Position numbers and translations under genes: made by a program. Shown here in pieces: positions 20,741-32,745 of a stretch of 63,823 nucleotides of DNA. The notes below the pieces were generated by a model. That model was not told the origin of the DNA. It made no database searches and saw only the letters and a program-made list of their open reading frames with translations. Position 1 is the stretch's first letter, and every line of letters starts with the position of its first letter. The DNA is taken from assembly GCA_964019335.1 (NCBI GenBank), contig OZ025683.1, positions 248,001 through 311,823 on the forward strand, read 5' to 3'. This DNA comes from Diplonema japonicum (taxonomy: Eukaryota > Protista > Euglenozoa: Diplonemea).

Positions 20741-23057
20741 ATGATGAAAACCGTTAAGCTCCGTACAGTGGCGGGGAGGCCCATCGAAGTGGATATCGAA
20801 GAGGGAGAAGCAATGACTGTAAAAGACGTTGTTCGCAAGGTCTGCAGCTGCTACGGGTACGCGGTGAAGGGCAGCCGGTTGGTGGTGAGAGGGGTAACAC
20901 TGCAGGAAGACGGTGAAGTCAGTGAACTGGAAAAAACTGGCGTAGCCCCCACCTTCATAGGTGTTAAGAGTCCATATGGCAAGGTGGAAACCGTGGCGTC
21001 AAGCCCAACCGGCCACAAGACCCCTTCAAGAGAGCGCATTACTGATGTCGATCTCACGCTGCCGGAGTTCGACGGCCCCTTCGACATTCAGCACCGGCAA
21101 GGAATTGTCCAGTTGGAACACGCTTTGGGCAGGATTTCAGAATCTGAAGTGATGTCGCTTCTTGTGATACACCCGACGGTCACGCATCTCCGTGTTCTGG
21201 TTCAAGAGAACCCGTCCTTGCTGGCCCCTGCACTCCATCAAATCAACGCCATCGCTCCGGGCATCATTGACATGGTGACCAAACAAATGGAGGCGTTTCT
21301 AAAACTCTTGAACGAGTCTGTCCCATCGTCCGGCCGGTGGGAACACAAGGACGACGATGAGCTTGTCGACTTCTCAACGTTGGAAGCTGAGCTTTGCCAA
21401 GAAGAGGTCGAGGCACTGAACAGGATACAAGACCTCGGCCCCTTCTCCCGAGAACTCGTGCTCCACACGTTCATGGAGGCTGGTAGGAACGAACACCTCG
21501 CCGCCCAGTACCTCATGGAGTCCTATGAGCCCATTGCTTCATACACCCAAACCCAAGCAGAGACGGAGATTGATGTTATTCGCGCACGTCTTGAGTCAGC
21601 AACCGATTCCCTCCTCGTCATGGATTGCCTCACACAGCTTGGCGACGCGCTTCTCCGTCAGTCCGACGGCTCTTACGAAGACGTTCTCATGAAAGCCCTT
21701 TCTATAGCGTATGATACTCTAGAGGAGTATCCTGAAGAGTCAGCGGCGTGCCATGCACATGCGGTGCGGACGCTTAAAACACAGCTGTCCGACGACCCGT
21801 CCAAGCTGGTTGTACTTATCGAAGCGGAACGTCTTATGGAACTGGCGACGGAAGGCGTCCGGTTGCAAAGTTCGACAATGGATGCTCTGACAAATATCGT
21901 GAAGAAAGAAGGTGTTGATGTGGTTCAGGTCCACCTGGACAACGACAGCCGGCTGACAATATGTCACATCTCGCACAACGAAGTACCGGTTATCAGAAGA
22001 AGCGCGTTGTTGACGGAAGGTGAAGTCGGGCTTCTCACCACAGCAGGCGAAGAACTGGCAACACTTCTTGCAGGGTCGACTCCTTCACGGGTGTGGGGTT
22101 TGCTGAATGGGTTGTACAAAACAATATTTGGTGTTTCAGGTTGTGGTGACTGGCTTCCGACAAGGGTCTGCTTCGCATCTTCACTCCGGATACCGTTTCA
22201 CGCTCTTGCAGCGCACGGTTCCGTCCCATTGGGAAGGGGGAGAGAAGTGAGCCAAGTTGCTAGTATAACATACCTCGGAGCTCTTCAAGACCTTTCAGGA
22301 ACCGTTGCTGGGAGGAGAAAACCCCTTCGATCCGTTTTCTATGGGAACGCTGCAGGACAAGCCTCCGCTGATAAAATAAACCCCTCGGATCTCCGTACTG
22401 ACGAACCTGTTGCGATTGCGCATTTCGGACCGAACACCTCGGGCGGGGTGCAGACTGTCAGGACGGAATCGAGCAAGACGGACGTGGCGGTCTTCACAGC
22501 AGGTTTGTTAGATAGCCCTTTAACACCTCATCTTTCGGGAGGCAGTGCCCCATGGTGTTGTTCGGCCGTTGTCAACATTCTACCTGTGAAACGGTCCACC
22601 CCGGCAGCCCGGCCTTCAAACAAGGACGGGAACGTTTTTATTCAAAACGTCCACCGACAGCTAGGCAGGCATGGTGTTAGTAAAATCGATGCTTATACCG
22701 CAGCTGTTACCCCGCAAGATGGAAGCCATCCTGGATCATGGGTGCCATGGGTGTTTAGTGGGACACGCCTCCAGCTTGGAGGCAGGAGGGCTCATATCCG
22801 TTCTGAGAAATTGCGGGCTACAGATGACTATCGGTATCTTGAGGTGTGTGCTTGGAGGGGAAGGGGAGAGAAGAAAAAAAAAAAAGAAAAAAAAAAAAAA
22901 CACACACGCAATGCAGTCTCACTCCATGCACATCGTGTTTGATCAAATGATCGGACATTTGCTTGGCGACAAGCCGACTGAGCCGCTGGACTCGCTCCTC
23001 TCCTTCATGGAGGCGAAACGGACCGATCTTGAAAGTCTTGGAAAGAAAGCAGAATGA
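20741..23057 (+). CDS. RAD23-like (UBL, XPC-binding/STI1, UBA) + degenerate CHAT-like domain + C-terminal DD domain; exons 20741-22843, 22917-23057
   Basis: MKTVKLRTVAG (UBL); LRVLVQENPSLLAPALHQI (XPCB); EALNRIQDLG...AGRNEHLAAQYL (UBA); RIPFHAL, AHFG, PGSWVPWVFSG (CHAT-like); YLE|SHSMHIVFDQMIGHLLGDKPTEPL (DD). Confidence 0.75.
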
Positions 23058-24204
23058 AAAGGGGGGCAAAAAAAAAAAAAACCTGGTGGAAAACTGGTGT
23101 TTTGAAAGGCAAAAATGAAGGGGGGAAATGGAAAAAAATTTTTTTATTATTATTTCAGGCAAAAAAAAAAATCGCAAACAAACAAAAGAGGTGGGGGGGG
23201 GGGGGGGGGAGGGGGACAAAAGATGACAAAAAAATGAAAACGAGGGAAGGAAGAAAAAAAAAAGAGAAAGAGAAAAAAAAAACATCTATCTGTGTGACAT
23301 ATTTGCAAATATATAATATCACTCCGTGACGTTTAAACAACAAAGGATAGGGGGGGAGAAAAAAATGAATAGAGTCCTTCGTTCTTGCTGAGTCGACTGT
23401 GTCGAGGTGGGCAGGGGGAAAAAAAAGAAAAGAAGAAGAAAAAAAGAAAAACTGGCAAAACAAAAGAACATCACAGCACAACTTGATTTTTTTTTCTTCT
23501 CTTTTTTTTTTTTTCTTTATGAAAACCGCCTCTCCCCTCCCTTTCCCCCCCCATTTTTTTATTGGTGCTTTGTAGCATTATCGGCCTTTATGGCCCAGGG
23601 GGGCCGGCCCTCCATTCACCCCCCCCTTTTTTTTCTCTCCCTCTTTTTTGATGTTCATAAAAAGAGAAAAAACCCACTACACAAAATTCCATTCTTCGTT
23701 ATCTTTAAACAACCCCTTCCCTCCGCACCTTTCCTTTCTGATGATGATCTTCCCCTCTTTTTTTTTTTTTTTCTTTGCCTGCCCCTCCGTCCTACTACTA
23801 CCGTGAGTAGCCATTTGGGGACACAGAAAAAAAAAAAGAAGGGAAAAAAAAAAGAGAGAGAGTGGGGGGGGAAAAAAAAAAGAAGAAACCAAATACGAAA
23901 GAACAACAACAAAAAAAAAAGAAAGAAAGAAAGAGGGAAAAAAAAAAGAGAAAGAAAAACATCTCAGTTCAGAAAGACCAAAACCGACTTTTTTTTTCCG
24001 TTCTCCCCCCCCCCCCCACCTTTTTTCCTGTGTTTTATAAAAAAAGAAATTCTCCCCCCCCCTTTTTTTACCCCCCCTCTCCACCCCAATTCCCTTTTTT
24101 TTCCCCCCTTCATATTTCCCCCTTTTTTTTTTAAAAAGAAATCACACTCTCCAAAACAAAAACAGAGGGGGAAACCCCCATCCCATTTTTATTTACACTT
24201 TAAC

Positions 24205-26580
24205 ATGACATCTGAACAAAGGGCGTATCTTGCCAAATCGGGGGCGGGGTCTATAATCGATAAACTGCTTGTGAAAGTGGTGGTGGAAAAACCGAAGAAC
24301 CCTTGGAAATTTTGCGCGGAAACGCTTCTCAGCATGCACGAGACAGAGTACAACGAAGGGGAGGGAGAGATGCGGCAATGGGGCGTGCTCCCAGAACCCG
24401 CCTCGCCTAGGCGGGTGACGATCAACCAATTCCACCGAAGAAAGATAGATTCTAAGGGAACAAGCTCGGACCATAAAAACAAAACCCACAGATCCCGATT
24501 CTCGGAAAAGATGAAGAACACCGTCTCTGTTCAAATCGCCAACTTCATGAAAACTGTTAAAACAGAATGGACCCCGGCCATGATGCTCAACAACGTCTTT
24601 ACGGACCCAGTGACGTCTAACTTGCTTCTCAACGCAGATTTATTCGAAAAAATAGCAAACGTGTTGGCTTTGTACACCCCAGGGACACCATTGTTGCCAT
24701 CAGCAGTGTTCGACGAAATGCATTTTATCGGTTTGAATGGACACCATGATTTTGAAGAGCATTGCGCGGCCACCGCTTCTGTTAAAACTTGCAAGAGTTT
24801 AGAAGAGCAGATTCTCGTCTCGCAAAGAATCCACTTGGAGGCTTGTACGATGTACGACACAGGGTTCCAAACAGAATCACAGGAATACTACACTGGACTG
24901 TCTAAAAAATACACCTGTTTTTCGGAGGATTCGTTTCTCAATAATTTTGAGCTTTGGAAGCACCCGACCGTCACTGTCCTCGTTTCAATGCGGCTTGTCT
25001 CGAAACCCGTTGTGGACGAATGGAAATGGCTGGCAAAGGACTCCACCGCAACCGGGATGTCAACAACCGCCAAAAAAAACATCTTCACAGTATTATGGAG
25101 CTTTGGGTGGTACCAATCCGTTACAAAACGAATAGGCCCTGGAACAGGGGAATGCGTTGTTAAATACTTGGACACTGTTCTCCTTCCTGTTGTAAGCACT
25201 ATGGGGGAAGCTTCCTTCGACTCAACTAGCACTGAACCCTGCCCTTTAAACCTGTCAGACATCAAAGGGAAAACCAGTAAGTCAGATGCATCTTGTAACA
25301 TACGAACAAGGCTGTTGTGGAATGAGGAAACTATTCTCAGAACGCACATCGCGAGGCGGCTCGCTGTGTTTTTCGAGCTGGTTCTGAACGGGGTTGAGTG
25401 GGGTTTCTACACATCGTCCCGAGCTTGGTGGGAAACATGTTTTGGAAGAAAGCTTTTTGTCAGCTGGGAAGAGTTCGAGAAACAGCTCAACAAAATGCAG
25501 CTCCCGAACAAAAGCAACGCCTCTTTGAAAACAATCCTCGACTACTTGGGGAACGGGACCGTACTGGTATCGCAGTACCTCGCAGTTGCCGGACAGCTCG
25601 GGCGGGACAGGCTCAGCAAAGGTTTCGAGGAATTTGCGAAGATGTACGAAACATCTACCTTCTCTCCTTACACTCTCGAATCCTTGCCCTCTAAGACCAC
25701 CATCACGCTTCACCAAACTTCGACTTATCCCAACACAGCTTTCACATTGCACGGCGGCGTCAGGGTTTTAACACAAATCCACTCCTGTGCAGCGGGATGG
25801 AGGATGAAACGTTGGCCGACACAACCTTGGTTTTCGCATCATTTGTACACCTGTTTGAGTTCGCAAAAAGGCGGCGGTGATGTTTACTTCACAAGTGTTG
25901 GCGAGGTTCTATCCGATATCCAAGCATCAGGTCTTACAAAATGCAGGAGATCGGACGAAGCAGCCGATGTCAGCACCGAACTTCTTTTGAGATATCGTCC
26001 TTCCTCCACACACTCTGTTGTGAAGGAGATGGCGGGTTATTTTTTAAAGACCGGCGGGGTCACCCCGGAGCGGATTGTTCTGTCGCTTGTTCCGTATCTT
26101 CTCACGAATGTTATGACGAAGCCCGCCATCGATTCTAGGGTCATAGCGGCAATCCACTCTGTTTGGCAGTTGTTCACCTCCCCGCCTTCCATTGCGATGA
26201 AACTTTCCAAAGCTAGGCTTACTTCACTTCTCCCTTCCCGTCTGGTCTACAGCCAGGACATGTCTATGGAAGAGTTTTTGTATGTTAATGCGGAGTGCTT
26301 GGCGGAGGAGGCGTTGAGACACGGTGGTGCGCAGGGGTACATGGAGGTTCTGTGCCGTGAAAAAGACCGGACAGATTTCTTGGTGTTGGAAACATGGTCC
26401 AGAGGGTCCGACGACGAACAAGAGGTGTTGAGGCAGAGCAAAAAAAAAAAGAAAAAAAGCGTGAGGAAAAAACAGAAACAAAAACCGTATTTTTTCTTAT
26501 ACCCCCATTTTTGCAAAAAAAAAAAAAAGTTTTTTTTGAGGAGGTGGGAGGGTGGGGGGAGGGAAAAAAAAAGAAAATAA
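24205..26580 (+). CDS. N-terminal DD domain protein with a Cbl-N2-like EF-hand region; 3' end uncertain
   Basis: AYLAKSGAGSIIDKLLVKVVVEKPKNPW (DD); WWETCFGRKLFVSWEEF...LKTILDYLGNGTV. After ~26425 the ORF runs into homopolymers, so an unresolved intron is likely. Confidence 0.65.
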   Translation: MTSEQRAYLAKSGAGSIIDKLLVKVVVEKPKNPWKFCAETLLSMHETEYNEGEGEMRQWGVLPEPASPRRVTINQFHRRKIDSKGTSSDHKNKTHRSRFSEKMKNTVSVQIANFMKTVKTEWTPAMMLNNVFTDPVTSNLLLNADLFEKIANVLALYTPGTPLLPSAVFDEMHFIGLNGHHDFEEHCAATASVKTCKSLEEQILVSQRIHLEACTMYDTGFQTESQEYYTGLSKKYTCFSEDSFLNNFELWKHPTVTVLVSMRLVSKPVVDEWKWLAKDSTATGMSTTAKKNIFTVLWSFGWYQSVTKRIGPGTGECVVKYLDTVLLPVVSTMGEASFDSTSTEPCPLNLSDIKGKTSKSDASCNIRTRLLWNEETILRTHIARRLAVFFELVLNGVEWGFYTSSRAWWETCFGRKLFVSWEEFEKQLNKMQLPNKSNASLKTILDYLGNGTVLVSQYLAVAGQLGRDRLSKGFEEFAKMYETSTFSPYTLESLPSKTTITLHQTSTYPNTAFTLHGGVRVLTQIHSCAAGWRMKRWPTQPWFSHHLYTCLSSQKGGGDVYFTSVGEVLSDIQASGLTKCRRSDEAADVSTELLLRYRPSSTHSVVKEMAGYFLKTGGVTPERIVLSLVPYLLTNVMTKPAIDSRVIAAIHSVWQLFTSPPSIAMKLSKARLTSLLPSRLVYSQDMSMEEFLYVNAECLAEEALRHGGAQGYMEVLCREKDRTDFLVLETWSRGSDDEQEVLRQSKKKKKKSVRKKQKQKPYFFLYPHFCKKKKKFFLRRWEGGGREKKRK

Positions 26581-26581
26581 C

Positions 26582-26995
26582 ATGCGGCGCCGGTTAGAGT
26601 ACGAACCTGTCCCTTTAACTGAGATAGTTCATGACACCCAGACAGCACGGGCGGAGATCGCTGTTGCGGAGCTTGACGCTGCGGCAAGCTTTAACATTTT
26701 CAACGACATTGTAAGCGTAGTGGGGATAATGTTGTCTTTGGGCTGGTTATTCTACGCGTTAGTTTCCTTCCCAGATTGCCCTGATTGGGCCTGCGACCTC
26801 TCTTTCTACTCCGATTCCTTGGAGTACTATGTCTTTGCTTTACCGCTGTACCCTTTGCGCAGTGTGGTGTGTGGCTACCCATCTGTTGAACTGCCGTTTA
26901 TCTGCGGTGCAACCATCACAACCCCTTTGATGGTGTTTTTTTATTTCGTGTACAAAATGTGGAAAGGAATCGAGGAGTTTGCACTGAACTATTGA
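26582..26995 (+). CDS. Small membrane protein, weakly PIG-P-like
   Basis: Hydrophobic segments VVGIMLSLGWLFYAL, YYVFALPLY and LMVFFYFVY. Confidence 0.55.
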   Translation: MRRRLEYEPVPLTEIVHDTQTARAEIAVAELDAAASFNIFNDIVSVVGIMLSLGWLFYALVSFPDCPDWACDLSFYSDSLEYYVFALPLYPLRSVVCGYPSVELPFICGATITTPLMVFFYFVYKMWKGIEEFALNY

Positions 26996-27081
26996 GATTT
27001 CTTCTTTTTTTTTAAATTTTTTTTTTGAAAAACCCAACGGGAAAAAAAAATTTTTTTTTAGGGAAAAAAAAAAAAAAAAAA

Positions 27082-27801
27082 ATGCCGCTCTTTGATGATG
27101 CTGCGAGTCTCAAAGCAGACCTAAAGGAGTTGGAAGGTTTCTTGGACAAGGCGGAGAACGATCGGGTAATTAAAATGCTGTCCGCGGATGTTGAAAAAAT
27201 CCGGGAAGAGCTGGCGAAGGAAGAGGCAGCGGCCGCCAAAAAGGAAAAAGACGCGGAGGACGCAGCACTGAAAAAAAAAGAGGCGGAAAAACAAGCTGAG
27301 GAGCAGGCCAGAAAAGAAGCGGAGGCCGCGGCTGCCAAGAAAGCAACGCAACAAAAAGCCTTCAGCAGCAACCCCGAAGGGGCCATGACCACCAAGGGCG
27401 GGATGAACATCACTGCAGAGGCAAGCGCAAGAATGAGCAAAATCAAGTCCGGTCTGGGCAGAAACGCACCCAACACCGCTGCAATCATGAAAATCGGCAA
27501 GGATGGGAAAACTTTTGAGTTCGAAGAGTGGCTGGACGACTGTGACATTGAGGACATTACAGATGAGCTCACGGAACTGGATCCTAAATATATTTTCTAC
27601 AGGTTTTTTTTTTTTTTTTTAATTCACCCCTCACAGCTACAACAAGACCATGCCTGACGGAAGGCTGAAAACTCCCCTTATCTTCATTTACTACAGCCCT
27701 CAGAAGGCACCTCCTAAGAAATCGATGGAGGCGACCAGGTGGAAGAATGAAGTGTCGAAACACTTCGAAATTGTGAAGGTAAGAAAAAAAAGGCGGGGGA
27801 A

Positions 27802-27835
<34 letters not shown>

Positions 27836-27902
27836 ACTCCAGACGCTTGAGGTGAGGGATTTGGAGGACTTTGACCAGGAGTGGTTTGATTCCCTGAGTT
27901 AA
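27082..27902 (+). CDS. Glia maturation factor-like ADF-H protein with a CacyBP/SIP-like N-terminal helical domain; exons 27082-27602, 27637-27778, 27843-27902
   Basis: Spliced product PKYIFYSYNKTMPDGRLKTPLIFIYYSP...LEVRDLEDFDQEWF matches GMF; GT-AG introns of 34 and 64 nt. Confidence 0.85.
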
Positions 27903-28301
27903 GAAAAAGAGAGAAAATAGAAGAAGAATAAAAAAAAAATAAAAATAAAAATTACCCCAATTTTTTTTTCCCCTTTTACATCTTTCCACAATGAAAAGAA
28001 AAAGAAAAGAAGAAAGAAGAAAAAAAAAAGTGTTGCGTCTCAAGCAAAAGCTTCTCCCTTCTCCCTGTTCTTTTGTGATGGTGGCACAGCAGTTTGCATA
28101 CCTTTTGGCCTAAAAAAAGAACTGCCCTCCCCGATCTCCACACACCCATGCTTCCCTGTCCGTGTGTTTCTGTGCTTCCTTGAAGTAGTTATTTTGTTCC
28201 TTTATTTTCCACAGTGGTCCTCCTCCCCTGCACACTGAAATTTTACCGAATTTACCCTTTCTTCTCCTCTGCTGCCGGATAGAGAAGACATTGAATGAAA
28301 A

Positions 28302-29657
28302 ATGATGATGAAACTTTTGCTGCTAGAGCGTATTTATTGCACCTTGATAGCCACAGACAACGGACATGTAACTTTCTAAAATGGAGTTACCACTGATATA
28401 TTCTCTTTTTTTTTTTTTTTTTTTGGAATAAGAGAAGTGCTACACCTGTGCATTCTTACATGATGATGAAACCTTTTGACTGCTGGAGTGCTTGCACACT
28501 GATAGCCACAGCTAACGGACATGTAACTTTCTAAAATGGAGTTACCACTGACTCTTGCACAAGGTTTTCTTCCCCAGCCCTTTCCACTTACACAGACTAG
28601 ATGATGATGACCTTTCAACTGCTGGAGTGTTTGCACGCTGATAGCCACAGCTAACGGACATGTAACTTTCTAAAATGGAGTTACCACTGATATTCAATGC
28701 ATTGTGTTCCAAAGAAGCAAAATAAAAAGAACCCCCCCCCCCCCCAAGGCGAACCAAAACAAAAAATCGAGAATTTTTCAGTGCTCACTATTTCCGTTTG
28801 GTGTTCCAACTTGGTAAATTTCAGTTAATTAAATTCCAAGAAAGGTACCGGCTCCCCCCCCCCCCCCCCCCCCACCAGGATTCCCAGCATGATGATGACC
28901 TTTTTAACTGCTGGAGTGTTTACACGCTGATAGCCACAGCTAACGGACATGTAACTTTCTAAAATGGAGTTACCACTGACTTGGACTTCTTTCCCTACCC
29001 CTACCACCCGCGGCCATGCACACAGACTAGATGATGATGACCTTTTAACTGCTGGAGTGTTTGCACACTGATAGCCACAGCTAACGGACATGTAACTTTC
29101 TAAAATGGAGTTACCACTGACTTGGACTTCTTTCCCTACCCCTACCACCCGCGGCCATGCACACAGACTAGATGATGATGACCTTTTAACTGCTGGAGTG
29201 TTTGCACACTGATAGCCACAGCTAACGGACATGTAACTTTCTAAAATGGAGTTACCACTGACTTGGACTTCTTTCCCTACCCCTACCACCCGCGGCCATG
29301 CACACAGACTAGATGATGATGACCTTTTAACTGCTGGAGTGTTTGCACACTGATAGCCACAGCTAACGGACATGTAACTTTCTAAAATGGAGTTACCACT
29401 GATTTAGGCGCAACGCATGGCCACAAAGGTTCCCACCTAATTAAGCCCCACCCCTTTTTTTTCTAGCCGATTTTTAGCCAATCTTGCTTTAACAAAGAAA
29501 CTAAGTGGATTAAGTCCATCAACCCCCGTTTTCCCGAACACTGTGTGTGGGGCTGCACTTTAAGTATGATGATAACCTTTCAACTGCTGGAGTGTTTTTG
29601 CACGCTGATAGCCACAGCTAACGGACATGTAACTTTCTAAAATGGAGTTACCACTGA
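28302..29657 (+). ncRNA. Tandem array 2 of the same box C/D snoRNA-like RNA, 8 copies, intergenic
   Basis: Units at 28302-28396 (divergent), 28460-28551, 28601-28690, 28889-28979, 29031-29120, 29172-29261, 29313-29402, 29566-29657; three units recur with a 141-bp period. Confidence 0.8.
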
Positions 29658-29741
29658 TTTAGTGCAATGGGGGAAAAAAAAAAGAAGAGGGAAGAAAAAA
29701 TACACCCAGCAGGGGGTAAAAAAAAAGAACAGAAAGAGAGC

Positions 29742-30011
29742 ATGTCGGCCTTATTTAACTTTGATGCCTTCTGCATGGTGATGTTGCTGATTATCTGCAC
29801 AGCAACTTACGCAAAACAGTTTAGAAAGGGTATGAGAAAGAGAAAAAAAAAGAAGGGGGGGATTTACGTTCACTTACATAACAGAAATATTCCTCCGGGA
29901 GCATAGGGGCGTGAGGGGATTCTGCTACAAGGCGTTTGTGATAGGAGATAGACTGTCCCCATTTGTCTCTGTGGGGTGTGTGATGATGGGAATTCGGGTA
30001 CTGCTATCTTG

Positions 30012-30012
<1 letters not shown>
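29742..30012 (+). CDS. Protein kish (TMEM167 family); exons 29742-29829, 29885-30012
   Basis: MSALFNFDAFCMVMLLIICTATY...GFCYKAFVIGDRLSPFVSVGCVMMG; 55-nt GT-AG intron. Confidence 0.92.
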
Positions 30013-30045
<33 letters not shown>

Positions 30046-30103
30046 CCTCCGCGAAAATTCTCAGTAGGGCAAAAAAGAAAAAAAAAAAAAAAAAAAAAAA
30101 AAG

Positions 30104-30316
30104 ATGCCCATTGCTAATAAGCGCGTGTGCTCTCCCACCAATGGTGCAGCGAAAAGGTTTAAACCTGCTGTGACCGAACCGCCTACTCAGCCTGCTTGTC
30201 GGCCATCTCCAAAAATGGAATGCGACGTTACAAGTACGCAGAGAGAAGACAGGTTGATCGAAGTGCATTACTCTCATTTAGCAGGGGTGCTATATGGCTA
30301 CGAGTCGCTGTACTGA
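30104..30316 (+). CDS. Small hypothetical protein
   Basis: 70-aa ORF that exactly fills a complex-sequence island between poly(A) tracts. Confidence 0.45.
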   Translation: MPIANKRVCSPTNGAAKRFKPAVTEPPTQPACRPSPKMECDVTSTQREDRLIEVHYSHLAGVLYGYESLY

Positions 30317-30318
30317 AA

Positions 30319-30351
<33 letters not shown>

Positions 30352-30462
30352 AATCCCATCTCTCATCTCGACTAAATTTTTAAAGTTTTTTTTTTTTTTT
30401 TCTTCTCGCCAGAAAAAAAAAAAAAAAAAAAAAAAAAGGAGGGCGGGGGAAACGGGGAAATT

Positions 30463-30686
30463 ATGTTCCGCTTCTCAACAGCCCTGTCGCAGAGAAAGCT
30501 AGGTGTTGTGATGGAGTGGCGAAAGGAAAAAGGTTGGGGGTATCTATGCGACATGAAGAACAGGGACATGGTCCACGTGCACAGGAGCAATGTCAAGGGA
30601 CAGTCTGCTGATAGAAGAGGAATGGCGATAAATCAGGTGGTAGAATACGAACTGAGCGAGTATGCAACTTTATTTTTTTTTTCAAG

Positions 30687-30722
<36 letters not shown>

Positions 30723-30837
30723 CTCCCCCAAAAGAACCGGAACCACCGCTGTCAATGTGACGGGCGTCGGCGGGAGCGAGGTAATACCCGCAATACGACA
30801 CGCATTTTACGATGGAGCGGGTGCCGAACTTTATTGA
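30463..30837 (+). CDS. Divergent cold-shock-domain protein with putative mitochondrial presequence; intron 30660-30734
   Basis: GVVMEWRKEKGWGYL...VHVHRSNV...NQVVEYE...AVNVTG; in-frame 75-nt GT-AG intron. Confidence 0.8.
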
Positions 30838-30921
30838 CATATTTTTTTTCTTCCCCCCCCCCCTCTACCAATCCTAACAACAACAACAACAACAAAAAAA
30901 GGGGGGAGGGAAAGGGGCTTC

Positions 30922-32378
30922 ATGCAAAAGCCCCGTAAAAAGGCCACTCCCCGACGCCTCGCTGGGTTGTGCATAGGCCTGGTCGCCGTAATAATATATG
31001 GTGCTGCGAGGAACGATTTCGGTTTCAATGATGAATCAGTTCAACTAGGCCAAGGAAGACGATTACTAAGCAATGACCCATGGAACCCCATACACAACGA
31101 GATTGGGTACGAGGGACCGTTAGGAAAAGTGGGGATGGTGCTGTGGGTTCCGTTCGTGATGTGGTTGTTCCTGGGGGTCGCGGTGGTAGCCGACGAATAT
31201 TTCACACCGGCTCTGGAAAAAATATCGAAGGCGTTGGATCTGTCCGCCGATGTGGCGGGCGCCACGTTTCTCGCTGCAGCAAGTTCCGCACCCGAATTCT
31301 TCACATCCTTCGCGGACACTTTTCTAGTATCCGACGAAGGCGGCGGCGGGTTCGGAATTGGAACAATCGTAGGTTCAGCTGTCTTCAACATCTTGATAAT
31401 CTGCGCTGTCTCTTGCATACCCACCACCGACACCATTCGCCGCTTGTCGCCATCTGGTGTAATGTTATCCCACACAGACTACATGGTGCAGCACTCACAG
31501 TCGGATTGGGACGCATCGGCGAAAACGGAAATTGTTCACAAGGGCATGCTGCATCTCGATTGGTACCCTTTACTGCGTGATTCCATTTTTTACGTGACGT
31601 CGATTCTCGTCATGATCCTCACGTTGGCAACGGACAGCCCGTCACGCGAACACCAAATTCCGTTGAAGAAACAAGGCTGTGTCCATTGGTACGAATCTCT
31701 CGTGTATATTCTTGTCTATGCTGGGTATATTGTAACAATGAAATACTCGCACGTTTTGGATGTTCGAGCGAAAATGATTGTAAAGAATTGTTGGGGAACG
31801 GAGGAGGGTTCAGAGCTTCCGGTTGCAAAGTCGGGTTGGGGCGTGGAACCCGTGGGGAGAAAAAGCTACCCCAAATTAATGCTTGGCAACTCCGCATTCA
31901 CAGCAGCCATGCGTGTGAGGAAGGATGCTCCCACCATCAACGGTGTGGAAATAAAGCTTGACAGAAAAATATCTGAAACATTGACAACCGGGATTCAGAT
32001 TGAATCTGCAGAACAGGGTTCTGAGGAAAGCGGTTCAGAGGATGAAGATGATGTTTCTCCGTTTTGGGAAACAGTTTTCGATATTCCGTCCAGCGGTCCC
32101 GCATTAATTCTGTGGGGTTTCGCATTGCCGTTTAATTTGTTGTTTAAGCTGACGATCCCTGCCGTGACAAGACGGAATCTTCGGGACCGGTACGTGTTGG
32201 CATTTTTCATGAGTATATTATGGATTGCTGCGTTTTCAGCGATGATGGTGAAGGTTGTGAGCTGGATAGGAGCTATCTTAGGGATCGACTCGATCACCAT
32301 GGGGCTTGTCGTTCTTGCGGCAGGGACTTCAGTCCCTGATGCTTTGGGGAGTTATAATGAGGTGTGTGATGATGGGGG

Positions 32379-32421
<43 letters not shown>

Positions 32422-32712
32422 GAAACGAGGGGAAGCAAACGCTGCTGTTTCCAACGCGTTGGGAAGCAATGTCTTTGATATATGCATGGGTTTGGGTGTG
32501 CCTTGGTTTTTTTATTCTATCGCGTACGGTAGGTGTTTCCAGGTATGTTTGGGGGAGAGGGGGGAGGAAACAAAAAAAAAAAAAAAAAGAAAAAAAAAAC
32601 TCCTCAGATTCCTACTGACAATATCTTGATACCCACCTTTCTTTTGTTCTTTGTGTTGGCGCTGTTTCTGGGCACCTTGGGGTTTAGTGGAATGAAGTAT
32701 GGAGAGGGAAAA

Positions 32713-32745
<33 letters not shown>

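Noticed and set aside
23407-24204. N-terminal extension of the 1057-aa ORF, and all similar poly-K/F/P/G ORFs
   Set aside because: Translations of homopolymer tracts; the real start is ATG 24205.
742-29657. CRISPR or TIGR-type guide array reading of the repeat-spacer arrays
   Set aside because: Repeats are ~90 nt, spacers recur and vary widely in length, the context is eukaryotic and intronic, and no cas or Nop-domain gene is nearby; box C/D termini explain the unit.
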